64,000 nucleotides of DNA from Octopus vulgaris (taxonomy: Eukaryota): NCBI GenBank assembly GCA_951406725.2, contig OX597824.1, forward strand, positions 67,270,001-67,334,000, given 5' to 3'. Position numbers and translations under genes: made by a program. The notes under the pieces are model-generated. The model did no database searches. It worked only from the letters and a program-made list of their open reading frames with translations, and was not told the origin of the DNA. Shown here piece by piece: positions 12,291-24,146 of this stretch (its first letter is position 1; each line of letters opens with the position of its first letter).

Positions 12291-12859
12291 ACCGGATACG
12301 CCCTACTCATCTACACCGGATACGCCCTACTCCCTCCTCCTCCCCCCACTACCCCTTCTCCTCATATGCTTTCACTGTGAAAAGACAAGCTGCTAGCGCC
12401 ATAGCTCATCAACTGCCCACCGATCTTACGCTTCCTCCTGACACTGCCTCAATCCGACCATCCCCTTTTAGTACCCTCCCACCTCGTAATATCCTACGTT
12501 TTTATTTCTTACGAACCTACACCAACCCTTCCTGCCATCGTTCCTCCTTACCCCAACCTTCCCCACTGGTTGCTCCCCTATATTACCCGCCTCAACTGGA
12601 CCCCCCTCCCCAACTCAACTCTAGAATATCTGTATTTCTTTCCTCTACCTAATTACGTTACTCAGTGACGATAACGAATGTCCACTGCTAACACCAGCTC
12701 CTGCCCACGGCGTGGTCAGGTTGGAAGAGAGATCAAAAGAAAAATACCACGAAAACTATCACCACCACAACAACCCTCCTCTTCTCAGGCGCCGAATCCC
12801 CCCGTCCCCCCCACATCTCCTTCCCAGTTTTCAGAGTTGGCACTATCAATGTTGGTACA

Positions 12860-15800
12860 TTGACAGGCAAGTCTAGTGAGATTGTAGAGATGCTAGAGAG
12901 AAGACAGGTTGATGTATGCTGCATACAAGAGGTAAGATGGAGAGATGCTTCGGCTAGGGTCCTCATGGGCAAGGCACTTAGGTACAAACTCTACTGGCAA
13001 GGTAACGCGGAAGGTGTAGGGGGTGTAGGCATTCTCCTTGCGGAGGAATGGGTGGATAAGGTCATAGAGGTTGTCAGGGTTTGTGATAGAGTGCTTAAGC
13101 TCAGGTTGGTCCTACAGAGTGGCACAGCTATGATTATCTCAGCCTATGCCCCACAAGCGGGACTACCAAATGATCAGAAGGACAACTTTTATGATACCCT
13201 TCTGCAGGCTACTTCAAAGACTAGTAACAAGGACCTCATCTTTGTAGGTGGAGATTTTAATGGGCATGTTGGGCGGGAATCGGGTATCTTCACTGGGGTA
13301 CATGGTGGCTATGGTATTGGCACCAGAAATGATGAGGGAACTAGACTGCTGGAATTCTGTGATGCATGTAACCTTTCAATCTGCAACATTAACTTCAAGA
13401 AGCCAGTCTGCCACCTTATAACTTATCAGTCAGGAGACTCCACTAGCCAAATAGACTTCATCCTCACCAGACAACGGGATGCAGGGTTGCTCTTGAATAC
13501 AAAGACCCTCCCGGGTGAAGAATGTATCCCTCAGCATAGACTAATCATCAGTGACTTTAAGCTTGAGGCCAGAAGGACTCCAAGAAACAAACCAATCCAG
13601 AAAAGAAGGATTTGGAGGCTAAAGAACCCTTCGCATGGTCAGAAATTTAGGGACATACTCATCAAGAAATTTGATGAGAGGGAGGAGGAGCTTCAGACGT
13701 CAGACATAGAAGGTAGCTGGGAATTCCTACGGGACAGCTTGTTGAGTGCCACAGACCAAGTCTGTGGATGGTGCAAAGTCCCTTCCAGACCTAGAATTAC
13801 GTGGTGGTGGAATAGTGCAGTAGATAAAGCCATCTGTGAAAAGAGACGGGCCTGGAAAGCCTGGAAGGATGGGGGCAGCAGGGAACTGTACCAGATAGCC
13901 AAAAGGGAGGCTGGGCGGCAGGTATACATTGCCAAAGATGTAGCAGAAAAGAAGAAGTTTGCCAATGTCCAGCGTCGCGAGGATCAAAGAGCTGAAGTAT
14001 TTCGGATTGCCAGACAGTGTGTCAGAGAAAATAGCGATGTTATAGGAGAGAAATGTGTCCGCATGGATGATGGGGCACTTGCTTTTACTACTAGTGAAAA
14101 GAAAGAGGCTTGGAGAAGCCATTATGAAAGACTGCTGAATGAGGAGAATGAATGGGAGGAGGAGAGCCTGCCAAATGTTGACCCAGTAGAGGGACCAGCT
14201 ACCCGAATAGACAGCTCCCTTGTAGATAAGGCAATTAAGGATATGAAACCAGGCAAAGCCCCTGGCCTATCAGGAATCACTGCTGAGATGCTTAAAACAG
14301 CTGGCTATGTGGGCTATGCCATAGTCACCCGCATTGTAAACCAGGTAGTTCACAATGGAGTCATACCCAATGACTGGTGCAGCAGCACCATAGTCAACTG
14401 CTACAAGGGTAAGGGTGATGCTCTAGATAGAAATAACTACAGAGGTATCAAACTGTTGGACCAGGTGATGAAGGTCTCAGAGAAGGTCATAACCAATCTC
14501 ATTAGGGAGAGAATTTGTTTAGATGAAATGCAGTTCGGTTTTGTACCAGGTAGAAGCACCACTGATGCTATATTCCTGGTCCGACAACTGCAGGAGAAGT
14601 ACCTAGCTAAAGATAAACCCCTCTACATAGCTTTTGTAGACTTGGAGAAAGCCTTTGACAGGGTTCCCCGTTCCCTTATCTGGTGGTCGATGCGGAAACT
14701 GGAGATTGAAGAATGGCTAATAAGGGCTGTACAGGCTCTATACAGAGAGGCTGTCAGCAAGGTTAGGATTGGCAACGAATATAGTGAAGAATTCCGGGTA
14801 GAAGTAGGTGTGCACCAGGGCTCAGCCCTCAGTCCCCTTTTATTCATCATAGTCCTTCAGGCAATAACAGAGGAATTCAAAACGGGATGCCCCTGGGAGC
14901 TCCTCTATGCCGATGACCTAGCTTTCATAGCAGAATCACTACCGGACCTAGAAGAGAAATTTCGGGTGTGGAAGCAAGGGTTGGAATCAAAGGGCCTTAG
15001 AATAAATGTAGCAAAGACCAAAGTATTAGTAAGCAGCAAGAGGTACTCAGCATACATCCCCTCGGGTAGGTGGCCCTGCTCAACCTGTAGGAAAGGTACA
15101 GGTAGAAACTCCATAAGATGCACCCAATGTAAGTTATGGACACATAAGAGGTGCAGCAACATTAAAGGGAAATTAACAGATAAGATAGCTTTCATGTGCG
15201 GCAGATGCACAGGGACAATAGACACAACAGACACTCAGAAAACAGATTCCATCACACTCCAGGGAGAGAAACTAGAAGTAGTTGATAGTTTCCGCTACCT
15301 GGGTGACCAAGTTAGTAGCGGAGGTGGATGCACAGAGAGTATCACCACTAGAATACGAATAGCCTGGGCAAAGTTCAGAAAGCTCCTACCCCTACTGGCA
15401 ACAAAAGGTCTCTCCCTCAGAGCAAAAGGTAGATTGTATGATGCATGTGTGCGAACTGCCATGCTTCACGGTAATGAAACATGGGCTGTGACTGCAGAAG
15501 ACATGCGTAGACTTGAAAGAAATGAAGCTAGCATGATCCGCTGGATGTGTAGTGTCAGTGTGCACGCAAAACAGAGTGTAAGTATCCTGAGAGAAATGCT
15601 GGATATAAGAAGCATCAGATGTGGTGTGCAAGAGCGACGCTTGCGATGGTATGGTCATGTGCTGCGGATGGATAAAGAGAGATGTGTGAAGAAGTGCCAC
15701 TCCCAAACAGTTGAAGGTATCAGGGGGAGAGGTAGACCCAGGAAGACATGGGATGAGGTGGTCAAGCATGACCTCAGAGCATTGGGCCTCACTGAGGCAA

Positions 15801-15979
15801 TGGCGAAGGACCGAGATCTCTGGAGATATGCTGTGACTACAAAGACCCGGGCTGCTTTCTGCAGCAATTCCACATACCCCCTACCCATTCTAAGTACCTC
15901 GGATCCCCAAAGTACCCTGGATCCCCAAAGTACCCCGATCCCCAAAGTACCCCGGACCTCGTTGCCCCCGTGCCGCTGA
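12860..15979 (+). CDS. RTE LINE ORF: APE endonuclease + reverse transcriptase + PHD-type zinc finger
   Basis: 1039 aa stop-free. APE motifs (GTINVGT upstream in frame, IQEVRW, SAYAPQ, GDFNGH, SQIDFIL); RT motifs (NYRGIKLL, QFGFVPGRST, FVDLEKAFDRV, GVHQGSALSP, LLYADD); RTE C-terminal RRLRWYGHV and RGRGRPRKTW. Confidence 0.95.
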   Translation: MTGKSSEIVEMLERRQVDVCCIQEVRWRDASARVLMGKALRYKLYWQGNAEGVGGVGILLAEEWVDKVIEVVRVCDRVLKLRLVLQSGTAMIISAYAPQAGLPNDQKDNFYDTLLQATSKTSNKDLIFVGGDFNGHVGRESGIFTGVHGGYGIGTRNDEGTRLLEFCDACNLSICNINFKKPVCHLITYQSGDSTSQIDFILTRQRDAGLLLNTKTLPGEECIPQHRLIISDFKLEARRTPRNKPIQKRRIWRLKNPSHGQKFRDILIKKFDEREEELQTSDIEGSWEFLRDSLLSATDQVCGWCKVPSRPRITWWWNSAVDKAICEKRRAWKAWKDGGSRELYQIAKREAGRQVYIAKDVAEKKKFANVQRREDQRAEVFRIARQCVRENSDVIGEKCVRMDDGALAFTTSEKKEAWRSHYERLLNEENEWEEESLPNVDPVEGPATRIDSSLVDKAIKDMKPGKAPGLSGITAEMLKTAGYVGYAIVTRIVNQVVHNGVIPNDWCSSTIVNCYKGKGDALDRNNYRGIKLLDQVMKVSEKVITNLIRERICLDEMQFGFVPGRSTTDAIFLVRQLQEKYLAKDKPLYIAFVDLEKAFDRVPRSLIWWSMRKLEIEEWLIRAVQALYREAVSKVRIGNEYSEEFRVEVGVHQGSALSPLLFIIVLQAITEEFKTGCPWELLYADDLAFIAESLPDLEEKFRVWKQGLESKGLRINVAKTKVLVSSKRYSAYIPSGRWPCSTCRKGTGRNSIRCTQCKLWTHKRCSNIKGKLTDKIAFMCGRCTGTIDTTDTQKTDSITLQGEKLEVVDSFRYLGDQVSSGGGCTESITTRIRIAWAKFRKLLPLLATKGLSLRAKGRLYDACVRTAMLHGNETWAVTAEDMRRLERNEASMIRWMCSVSVHAKQSVSILREMLDIRSIRCGVQERRLRWYGHVLRMDKERCVKKCHSQTVEGIRGRGRPRKTWDEVVKHDLRALGLTEAMAKDRDLWRYAVTTKTRAAFCSNSTYPLPILSTSDPQSTLDPQSTPIPKVPRTSLPPCR

Positions 15980-16646
15980 CACGTTAAAATGCTCGAACTG
16001 ATCGTGACAATGCCGGACCCTCCGGCCCTTGTGCAGGTGGCACGTAAAAAGCACCCAATCCACTCACGGAGTGGTTGGCGTTATGAAGGGCATCCAGCCG
16101 TAGAAACTCTGCCAGATTCAGACTGGAGCCTGGAGCGGCCCCCTGGCTTCCCAGACCCGGTCGAACCGTCCAACCCGTGCTAGCGCGGAAAGCGGACGTT
16201 AAACGATGATGATGATGATGATGATGATATATATATATATATACACACATAGTGACATACATAGATGACTATAGACATATACACAGTAACACACAGATAT
16301 ATATATATGTGTGAGTATATATACACACGTACACACATACATATACATATATCTACATTTAAGCATTGATATTTTTTATGTGATATTTGTGGACTGAATA
16401 TATAGAATATCCATTGTGAGTCAAATGTGTATGCATTAGATCCAGGTATCCCGGTATTCAGCTTGTCATTAACTGGAAGGTATTGATCATCATCGCTGCA
16501 CTTAGTGGCTAATTCAGTTTCTTTTATATCTAATAGAATATGGTCATTTCCTGAAAGCAGGTCGAATTTTTCATTATTATTATTATTATTATTATACTCT
16601 TTTACTTGTTTCAGTCATTTGACTGCGGCCATGCTGGAGCACCGCC

Positions 16647-16738
<92 letters not shown>

Positions 16739-17289
16739 TTACTAAGTGAGAGAGCAGTGCATGACCTTGCAGGTGGGGCCCAGTTAGAACTTTCTTCAGG
16801 TCGAGTTGCTCATCTCACTCAAAAGGTCCTTGAATTAGGGATGTTTAAGGATGTTGAACGAGACACCCATATTACCAGAGGTGAATAATCCAAATTCCAA
16901 AGAATTCCTCTCAACACGTGGCTATGATGCTCCTCTACTACTTCTGCTTGTGATCAGAGATGGACATATCGTCAGCCACTAAGGGACATGGTCAACTGGA
17001 TAAGGTCAAACAACTGACAAGCAAATCTGTGGTATTGAGCAAAATATTTGCAGTAGCCCATTGTTTATGCCAAGACAAAACAATGTACATGATAGCACTT
17101 CCAGTCAGTTAAGATCAGAAGCCATGAAAACCACTGTCTGATACTGCATATTATTATTATTAATATTATTTCAACATCAGCCATTTTTGTGTGATATATA
17201 ATGCATTTTAGGTGTATGGCCAGCTTTTAGGAGTATGGCCAGAGAAAATTCAGAATGCTCAGTATAGCAACAGAGAGTTATCTCAGCAT

Positions 17290-17372
<83 letters not shown>

Positions 17373-17648
17373 TACTCACACATGTATACATGCATGTATG
17401 TATGTATATGTGTGTGTTTGTGTGTGAATGTATATGAATGTATATGCATTTATATCTGCACATTCCAGTGGTTAGAATACTCAGCCACTTACACTATGAT
17501 ACCTATAATACAATGCGTAAGTAATTCTGTAGATTTAGCAACTGGAAAACTTTTTCGCTGAAACTCTCATTGGGTGGGTTGTGAGATAATAATGGAAAAC
17601 AGACATAAAAATAACAAATAAATATACTAAAACATCCTATTTACTTAC

Positions 17649-17822
17649 CAATAATGGTACTGAAACCAATTTGGTGTGATTTGGTGACAGGTAAAGCTCT
17701 AGGTTTATCCAGCTGGTTTGTTCCTGCTGGGTACTCTTTAATTTTGTGTGTTGGGTGAACATCAACTTTGGTGAGTCTGTTGCTGAAGCCTGTTGGTACA
17801 TTGATATTTCCAACTCCAGTGG
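17649..17822 (-). CDS. Delta/DSL-like gene, coding exon 4
   Basis: Acceptor ctactaaaag|, donor TTG|GTAAGT; 174 nt, phase 0 to 0, stop-free. Encodes PLELEISMYQQASATDSPKLMFTQHTKLKSTQQEQTSWINLELYLSPNHTKLVSVPLL (second half of the C2-like domain). Confidence 0.75.
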
Positions 17823-17999
17823 CTTTTAGTAGAAATAGTGAATGAATATATAAATTATTTGGTTGGTTGATATGCAGAATGAAGCATGGCTGATGTTTAA
17901 TATGTCAGTGAAATAAAAAAACAACAACAAATATTAAGGGGTTGTTTGATACATATGTATATATATATACTTTATTTAAAAGCAGCAGAAATATAACAA

Positions 18000-18046
18000 A
18001 ACCTGTTACTCAGAGTTTCACATTCCCGTTCGTCAGGCAATTTTGT
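18000..18046 (-). ncRNA. Degenerate minimal hammerhead
   Basis: CUGACGA acg-ggaa-tgt GAAA ctc-t-gag UA acag; stem I carries mismatches. Confidence 0.5.
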
Positions 18047-18890
18047 TATATGTATATATATATGTTAATGTTTGTTTTTATGTTCAGTTATAATAGCAAC
18101 AAGTCACTTGCTATGCAAGTACATCTCTGTAATTCTGAAAGCTTCAGCCAGGCTATGAAAACTCTGAGGAAAGCCGTTACTTGTTGCCTGAGAAAAATAA
18201 CAGCTAAGCAACAGTTTCATTTCGTTAAATGTCGAAGTGAAACTAATAGATTTTGTGTGTTCTTGAATGGCTTACAAATATCTTCCACGCTGCAATTGTT
18301 TTTGTTTCCGCACATGATCTCAGATCAATTCACTTCCTAAGCAAGTACATCTCCGTAATACTAAAAACAATTTTATATTAATCTGGTGGGTTACTCTCTG
18401 CTTTTGTTGAATACAAATTTAATACTTTTATACAAGAATGTTGTTGACTATGACTTTGAAGCTTTGGCTAGTAAAACAATCCTTAGATTGCAGTCTTTTG
18501 ATGGCTTAGTGAGCTGAAACTTTGAAGTCCAGTATTTAGTATATGTTCACGTTTATTTACTACATGTTTTTTGAATTTACTGGTTTCTTAGCTATCATTT
18601 ATTTTGAATATTAGATTTAATATTCAAAAATAGGTAATTAAATAAATCAAGGTTTATATTTATTTAAGAAAACTAAGGAGATAGAGATAAATCAATTAAT
18701 AATTATATTTATTAATTATAAAAATAGACATAATCTCAGACAGCTGTTTTGATTCAGACTTTAAAAATTAATTAAAATAATTAAATCATTATTAAGTTGA
18801 ATATAATTATTAATTAATTTATCTCTATTTTATCATTTATATATATATATATATAGATAGATAAGAAAGTTGGTTTGTGAAAGCACGTGG

Positions 18891-18920
<30 letters not shown>

Positions 18921-18922
<2 letters not shown>

Positions 18923-19575
18923 CTACAAAATTAGAGAATGGAGAAACCTACTTAAATCAATAAAACATCAACTATCAGATGATACCCAATCAATACTTTA
19001 ATACACCATTACATATCAGTAAAGGCATTATAAAAAATATACAGTAAGAGTAAATAGACAAAGAGATATAAGTATAAAATTTCAAATATAATATGTAATT
19101 AAATCAATTCTGACAGCTGTTTCGGCAGTGAGGGCAGTCATACCTCATTTAACCTATAAGCCATAAAGGCAGGTATAAATGAGGCATTAACAAGGATGCC
19201 TCACGGCCTCTTCAGAGAATTAAATTTGTTATAATTGTGAAAAAGATTATTTAACCATATACATATAAATATAAAAATAAAAAAATATAAAAATATAAAA
19301 ATGTAAAATATAAAAACTTATTAAAGTATTGATTGGGTATCATCTGATAGTTGATGTTTTATTGATTTAAGTAGGTTTCTCCATTCTCTAATTTTGTAGT
19401 ATTAATTTACGGTAATATTATTACCTTTACCCATATAATACAATAGATGAACTGATTGTTTGGCAATTTTTAACATCTATGTATTAGTCTTGTTGGGTAC
19501 CTATCTAGCAGTATATTGGATATATATTATCCCATGGTGGGTTGAATTTTCAACCCCTATCTCATTTTATAACCT
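18921..19575. mobile_element. (TA)n-flanked Penelope-like unit with ~80-bp inverted repeat around a hammerhead
   Basis: 18921-19001 is inverted at 19319-19401; hammerhead at 19106-19221. Confidence 0.7.
19106..19221 (-). ncRNA. Type I hammerhead ribozyme with long stem II
   Basis: Stem I aattct/agaatt; CUGAAGA; stem II ggccgtgagg/cctcactgcc plus inner atgcctcattta/taaatgaggtat; GAAA; palindrome acagctgt; GUC site. Confidence 0.85.
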
Positions 19576-19935
19576 ATATATATATATATATATATATATA
19601 GATATATATAGATATATTCATATATGTATGTATATGTATATATATGTACATGTGTATATATATATATATGTATGTATGTATACATACATATATATATATA
19701 TACGTGAGTACAGGACACTGCAACTAGACGTAGAACTCAACGAAAAACGAAAACGGACAAGCCATATTTTTACAACAAAAAAACAGAGACGAAACGGAAA
19801 CGGGAAAAACATTATTTTTTACAACAGAAAAACAAGATACAGGACAAACCACACAGGACAAACCACACAGGAAAAATCCCCAGTTCATCAGCTGTCTCTA
19901 GCTAACTCAAGCGTGTTTCGAAGGATAAAACAGTG

Positions 19936-19975
<40 letters not shown>

Positions 19976-19984
19976 ATATATATA

Positions 19985-20765
19985 TACATATAAGAGGAAT
20001 GACCACTAAGTGGACTTCCAATAAGCTAGATGTAGACCCCCTTTGGTCTGACCACTTAGAAAAGATTGTTCTCAAGAAAATTCAGCAAATGCCAGAACAT
20101 AAGTGAGCAAGACAAAAGAAAAGGTACAAAATATAATGATTAGTCACATACTAGGCTTCATTGTTACCATTTGCATAATTACATAAATGTCCGCAATTCA
20201 TCAGTGTGACCGTCATAGCAAAATATAATTTGAAGAACTATACATGAGATGTCCACATGACATTGAACATGCATATAGTTTTGCCAATTATACTTGGATG
20301 TATATTTCAAATGTCTTTGTTTTGGCACATCAGAAATCGGAAATAATTCTGCAGAAAATAATTTTCTGCAGTGAATCTTGCTGGTTAGAGGACATGGTTA
20401 TTTAAATTTAAATAATTAGAGTAAAAAACTGAATATCAATTTAATTAGTATCAATTTAAACCAGTGGCCTAGCATATTGAAAAAATCTGAAAATTCAGAA
20501 AAATTATATTTTGTATCTTTCCCTTTGTCTTGCTCACTTATGTTCTGGTGTTTGCTGAATTATCTTGAGAACAATCTTTCCTTAGTGGTCAGACCATATG
20601 GGGTCTACAGCTAGCATATTGGATGTCCACTTAGTGGTCATCCTTCTTATATGTATGTAATATAATTTTTCTGAATCTTCAGATTTTTACTAATATGCTA
20701 GGCCACTGGTTTAAATTGATATTAATAATTGATATTAAATTGATATTTTTTACCCTGATTATTTA
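19985..20765. mobile_element. Penelope-like fold-back unit related to 7840-8866
   Basis: ~19985-20130 is inverted at ~20515-20660 and ~20405-20510 at ~20660-20765; degenerate hammerhead inside. Confidence 0.65.
20142..20211 (-). ncRNA. Degenerate hammerhead motif
   Basis: 7-bp stem I ggtcaca/tgtgact; CUGAUGA; stem II attg/caat; core GAAA changed to GAAG. Confidence 0.5.
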
Positions 20766-20766
20766 A

Positions 20767-20801
<35 letters not shown>

Positions 20802-21365
20802 CGTGTGTGTGTGTGTGTGCATAAATATATATATATATATATGCATATATACACACATATGTACATGCATACATATGTATGTATATAGGTATAGGTACAG
20901 GGCATCACAAACTGTAAACAACATGCAATACGAAAATAACGTTGGGTATGCAAAGAATGAGAGAAACAACTGCAAAACGACAAGTAACATAAAAAATGAC
21001 CCTTCATCAGTTGTTGGCTGTCCTTCTACTTATTTCGAGCAATGAACGACAAGATAAGACTTTGAAGGTAGTTGCTCCTGCAAACCAAAATAAAATTTGG
21101 GATTTGTGGAGGGTCAAAGTTGGTAACAAAAACAGGACATACACCAAACCAAACCAAACCAAACGAATACAAACAGGGAGGGCTGTTAGGCTCAGATGAT
21201 GTTAGGTAATGAACACGGGAAGTAAATTCTTTGATAAGAGAAAAGATAGGAGAGGAGACAGATAGGATTGCATCTGGACTGCACAATAGACTGAAGGAAA
21301 AGAAAGATGGATGATGGTCATGTGTAAGTAATGAGAGAAATATGTATGTATATATATATGCATAT

Positions 21366-21413
<48 letters not shown>

Positions 21414-21569
21414 ATAGAAATGGCAAGACAACAAAAGAATGAAAGAGACCTCGATATTATGTAAATAGAGGAATTTATTTGTAAATATAATATGTGACAA
21501 TTATTTTATAGCCATGATAAAACTCTGAGTTTCAGATGTTGGGGCAGAAACTGACGCCGGCATCTCTTC

Positions 21570-21745
21570 AGTTATTGGGACATTGAAAAAATGCAACATT
21601 TTTTCCATAACTGAAGTGATGGCTTTTAAGTCTATCAACAGAGACAGAGTCTCTGGAACCATTGCAGTCAATGGTGAAATGTTTGTTAGAATGAGAAAGA
21701 ACACAATGGGGTCCTGAATAAGCTTGAGTGAGTGGACTAATATTT
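21570..21745 (-). mobile_element. Ty3/Gypsy integrase C-terminal (GPY/F) relic
   Basis: PLTQAYSGPHCVLSHSNKHFTIDCNGSRDSVSVDRLKS resembles PL.PPY.GPY.V.....K.F.I..NG..D.VS.DRLK. Confidence 0.7.
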
Positions 21746-22305
21746 ATATTTATCACCAATATTTATAACAGTTTGTAGTCCTTCACTTTTGATTGAAAAG
21801 AAGTAGTCACTGTACTAGAACCAACATACTGCACATAATGCAATGTCATCTGGCATTCCCAGGGATTTGTTCCCAGTCTCTTGTTATTTGCTGCATTCAT
21901 AAATGAAATAAATACTAAATTGAAGCATGCTACTGTTAAAAATCTAAATGACATTAAGCTGTGTCTTGAGATAAAAAGAATGGATGCTATATGCGATACA
22001 TCCTTGCAGTCTGACCTGGACTCCAAGTACTCAATTGCTGACTGACAACTCAAGCTGGTTGTAGGGAAGTGCACTACCATATGTTTTGCAAGGAAAATTC
22101 TGGAATTTCCCTAATCTGTCTTCAATACCAACATTGAAATGTCTGCTGATGAATGTGACCTAAACATTATTGTCAACAAAAATCTGTGTTGATGAATCAT
22201 ATTTCTAAAACTGTAAAAAGGCCAAAGGTATCTTAATATCACTCAGTAAGCCCTTTGTCAACTACTTACCAGCAGTGTATTTAAAGTTATATATGGCTAT
22301 GTGTG

Positions 22306-22605
22306 TGGAGGCACAATGGCCCAGTGGTTAGGGCAGCGGACTCGCGGTTGTAGTATCGCAGTTTCGGTTCCCAGACCGGGCGTTGTGAGTGTTTATTGAG
22401 CGAAAACACCTAAAGCTCCACGAGGCTCCAGCAGGGGTGGTGGCAATCCCTGCTGTATTCTTTTGCCACAACTCTCTGTCACTCTTTCTTCTGTTGGCCT
22501 GCTCGCTTAGCCAGCGGGGTGGCGTCATTTGAAGGCTAAAACAATGTGAAGTGCATTGTGACCAGCAATGTGTAGCAACATCAGATAGCCTGGTCGGTCA
22601 CGGTG
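22306..22605 (+). mobile_element. tRNA-derived SINE family B with TSD
   Basis: Head tggcccagtggttagggcagcggactcgcgg...gtttcggttcccagacc; flanking direct repeat atatggctatgt; second copy at 40919-41232. Confidence 0.88.
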
Positions 22606-23112
22606 ATATGGCTATGTAACACTCACACTTATAGTTTGCATCTCCAAACCAGAACCCCCAACTTGTCCAGAATATTGATCAGCTGGAGCTGTCCAGAGAC
22701 ATGCAACCAAATGAATACCCTCTGTCAGTCACTAACCATATCTTGAACATACTACTTCTCTGGATATTGACACACTAAAGGTTTGCTATCTAGCAGCTGA
22801 CATTACAGAAGCACCATGTGTGCATCTCAGTTGGAGGATTGTAACGGAATGTCAAAAGAGTTCATACTGTGACACCTGTTTCTTCTGCCAGCCAGCACAG
22901 CAGTACATTATGTAGTAGAATGTGAAAAACTTTCACCAGGCTCAAGAGTCATAGAAGGGCCTTGCACTGCATCAACAATGACTCATTTCAGTAATTCTTT
23001 TTAGCAATGTCTTTGCTCATATACGAGAAAGCAGCTAAGAAGATGAAGAAGATATATATTATATGAATATGTATATATACATATATATATACCACAAAGC
23101 CACTCCTACATA

Positions 23113-23275
23113 GGCGTAGGAGTGGCTTTGTGGTAAGCAGCTTGCTTCCCAACCACATGGTTCTGGGTTCAGTCCCACTGCATGGCACCTTGGGCAAGTG
23201 TCTTCTACTATAGCCTCGGGCCGACCAAAGCCTTGTGAGTGGATTTGGTAAACGGAAACTGAAAGAAGCCCGTCG

Positions 23276-23306
<31 letters not shown>

Positions 23307-23538
23307 ATGTGTATGTGTGTGTATATGTTTGTGTGTCTGTGTTTGTCCCCCCAACATCGCTTGACAACCGATGCTGGTGTGTTTACATCCCCGTAACTTA
23401 GTGGTTCAGCAAAAGACACTAATAGTATAAGTACTAGGCTTACAAAGAATAAGTCCTAGGGTCGATTTGCTCGACTAAAGGCGGTGCTCCAGCATGGCCA
23501 CAGTCAAATGACTGAAACAAGTAAAAGAGTAAAAAGAG
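23113..23538 (+). mobile_element. tRNA-derived SINE family A (internal microsatellite, taaaagag tail)
   Basis: ggcgtaggagtggct.tgtggtaag...ggttcagtcccactgc head (A/B-box-like); 3' ...gactgaaacaagtaaaagag. Multiple copies in the window. Confidence 0.9.
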
Positions 23539-24146
23539 TATATGTGTGTGCATGTAAATATATATTACATGTACTACATGCACATGCTCACACACACACA
23601 CACACACACACATACACACATGCACACATATGCATGCATACACACTCATTAGTAGTTTGTCTTGACTTTTTCCGTCAACAATATTCTTTAAAATAGTGAG
23701 ATGTTTGTCAAGATTATACTAGACTCTCACCACACACATATACCCTTAAAGGCATTTCAAGTATCTTATTAGGAGTAGATTGGTACTAGCTTCTGTGTTT
23801 GGTGACACCCTTCACACCTTACACTTTCCCAAAACTCTTTCTCTCCCTCCCACTCTCTCTCTCTCTCCCCTTCTCCTCCTCATTTTTCTTTCTCTCTGTT
23901 TTTCTCATGAACCTACAATCTCCACTCCAGTAGATTCTGAATGTCCACTAACAAGAGGGAATGAGCCATGCCTGAGGTTAAAGTTCACATGAGTGTGTGT
24001 GTGTGGGAGTGTGTATGTATATAGGTATACTTGTAAAGATATATATGTATATATATATATATATATATATGTATGTAATGTGACCCTGTGCACATTGTTG
24101 GCGATTTTTTTTTCTCCGTCTTCCCTTCCTTGGATCTTTCCTTTTC

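Larger units (their letters stand above)
11314..16227 (+). mobile_element. Near full-length RTE-clade LINE retrotransposon inserted in a (TA)n tract
   Basis: 5' tandem repeats, one long ORF, 3' UTR ending in (GAT)n, with (TA)n on both flanks. Confidence 0.92.

Noticed and set aside
13693-15945. Antisense ORFs overlapping the RTE ORF
   Set aside because: Expected shadow ORFs of a long coding sequence; no motifs.
22306-22380. tRNA-like sequences at SINE heads
   Set aside because: No full cloverleaf; continuous with SINE bodies.
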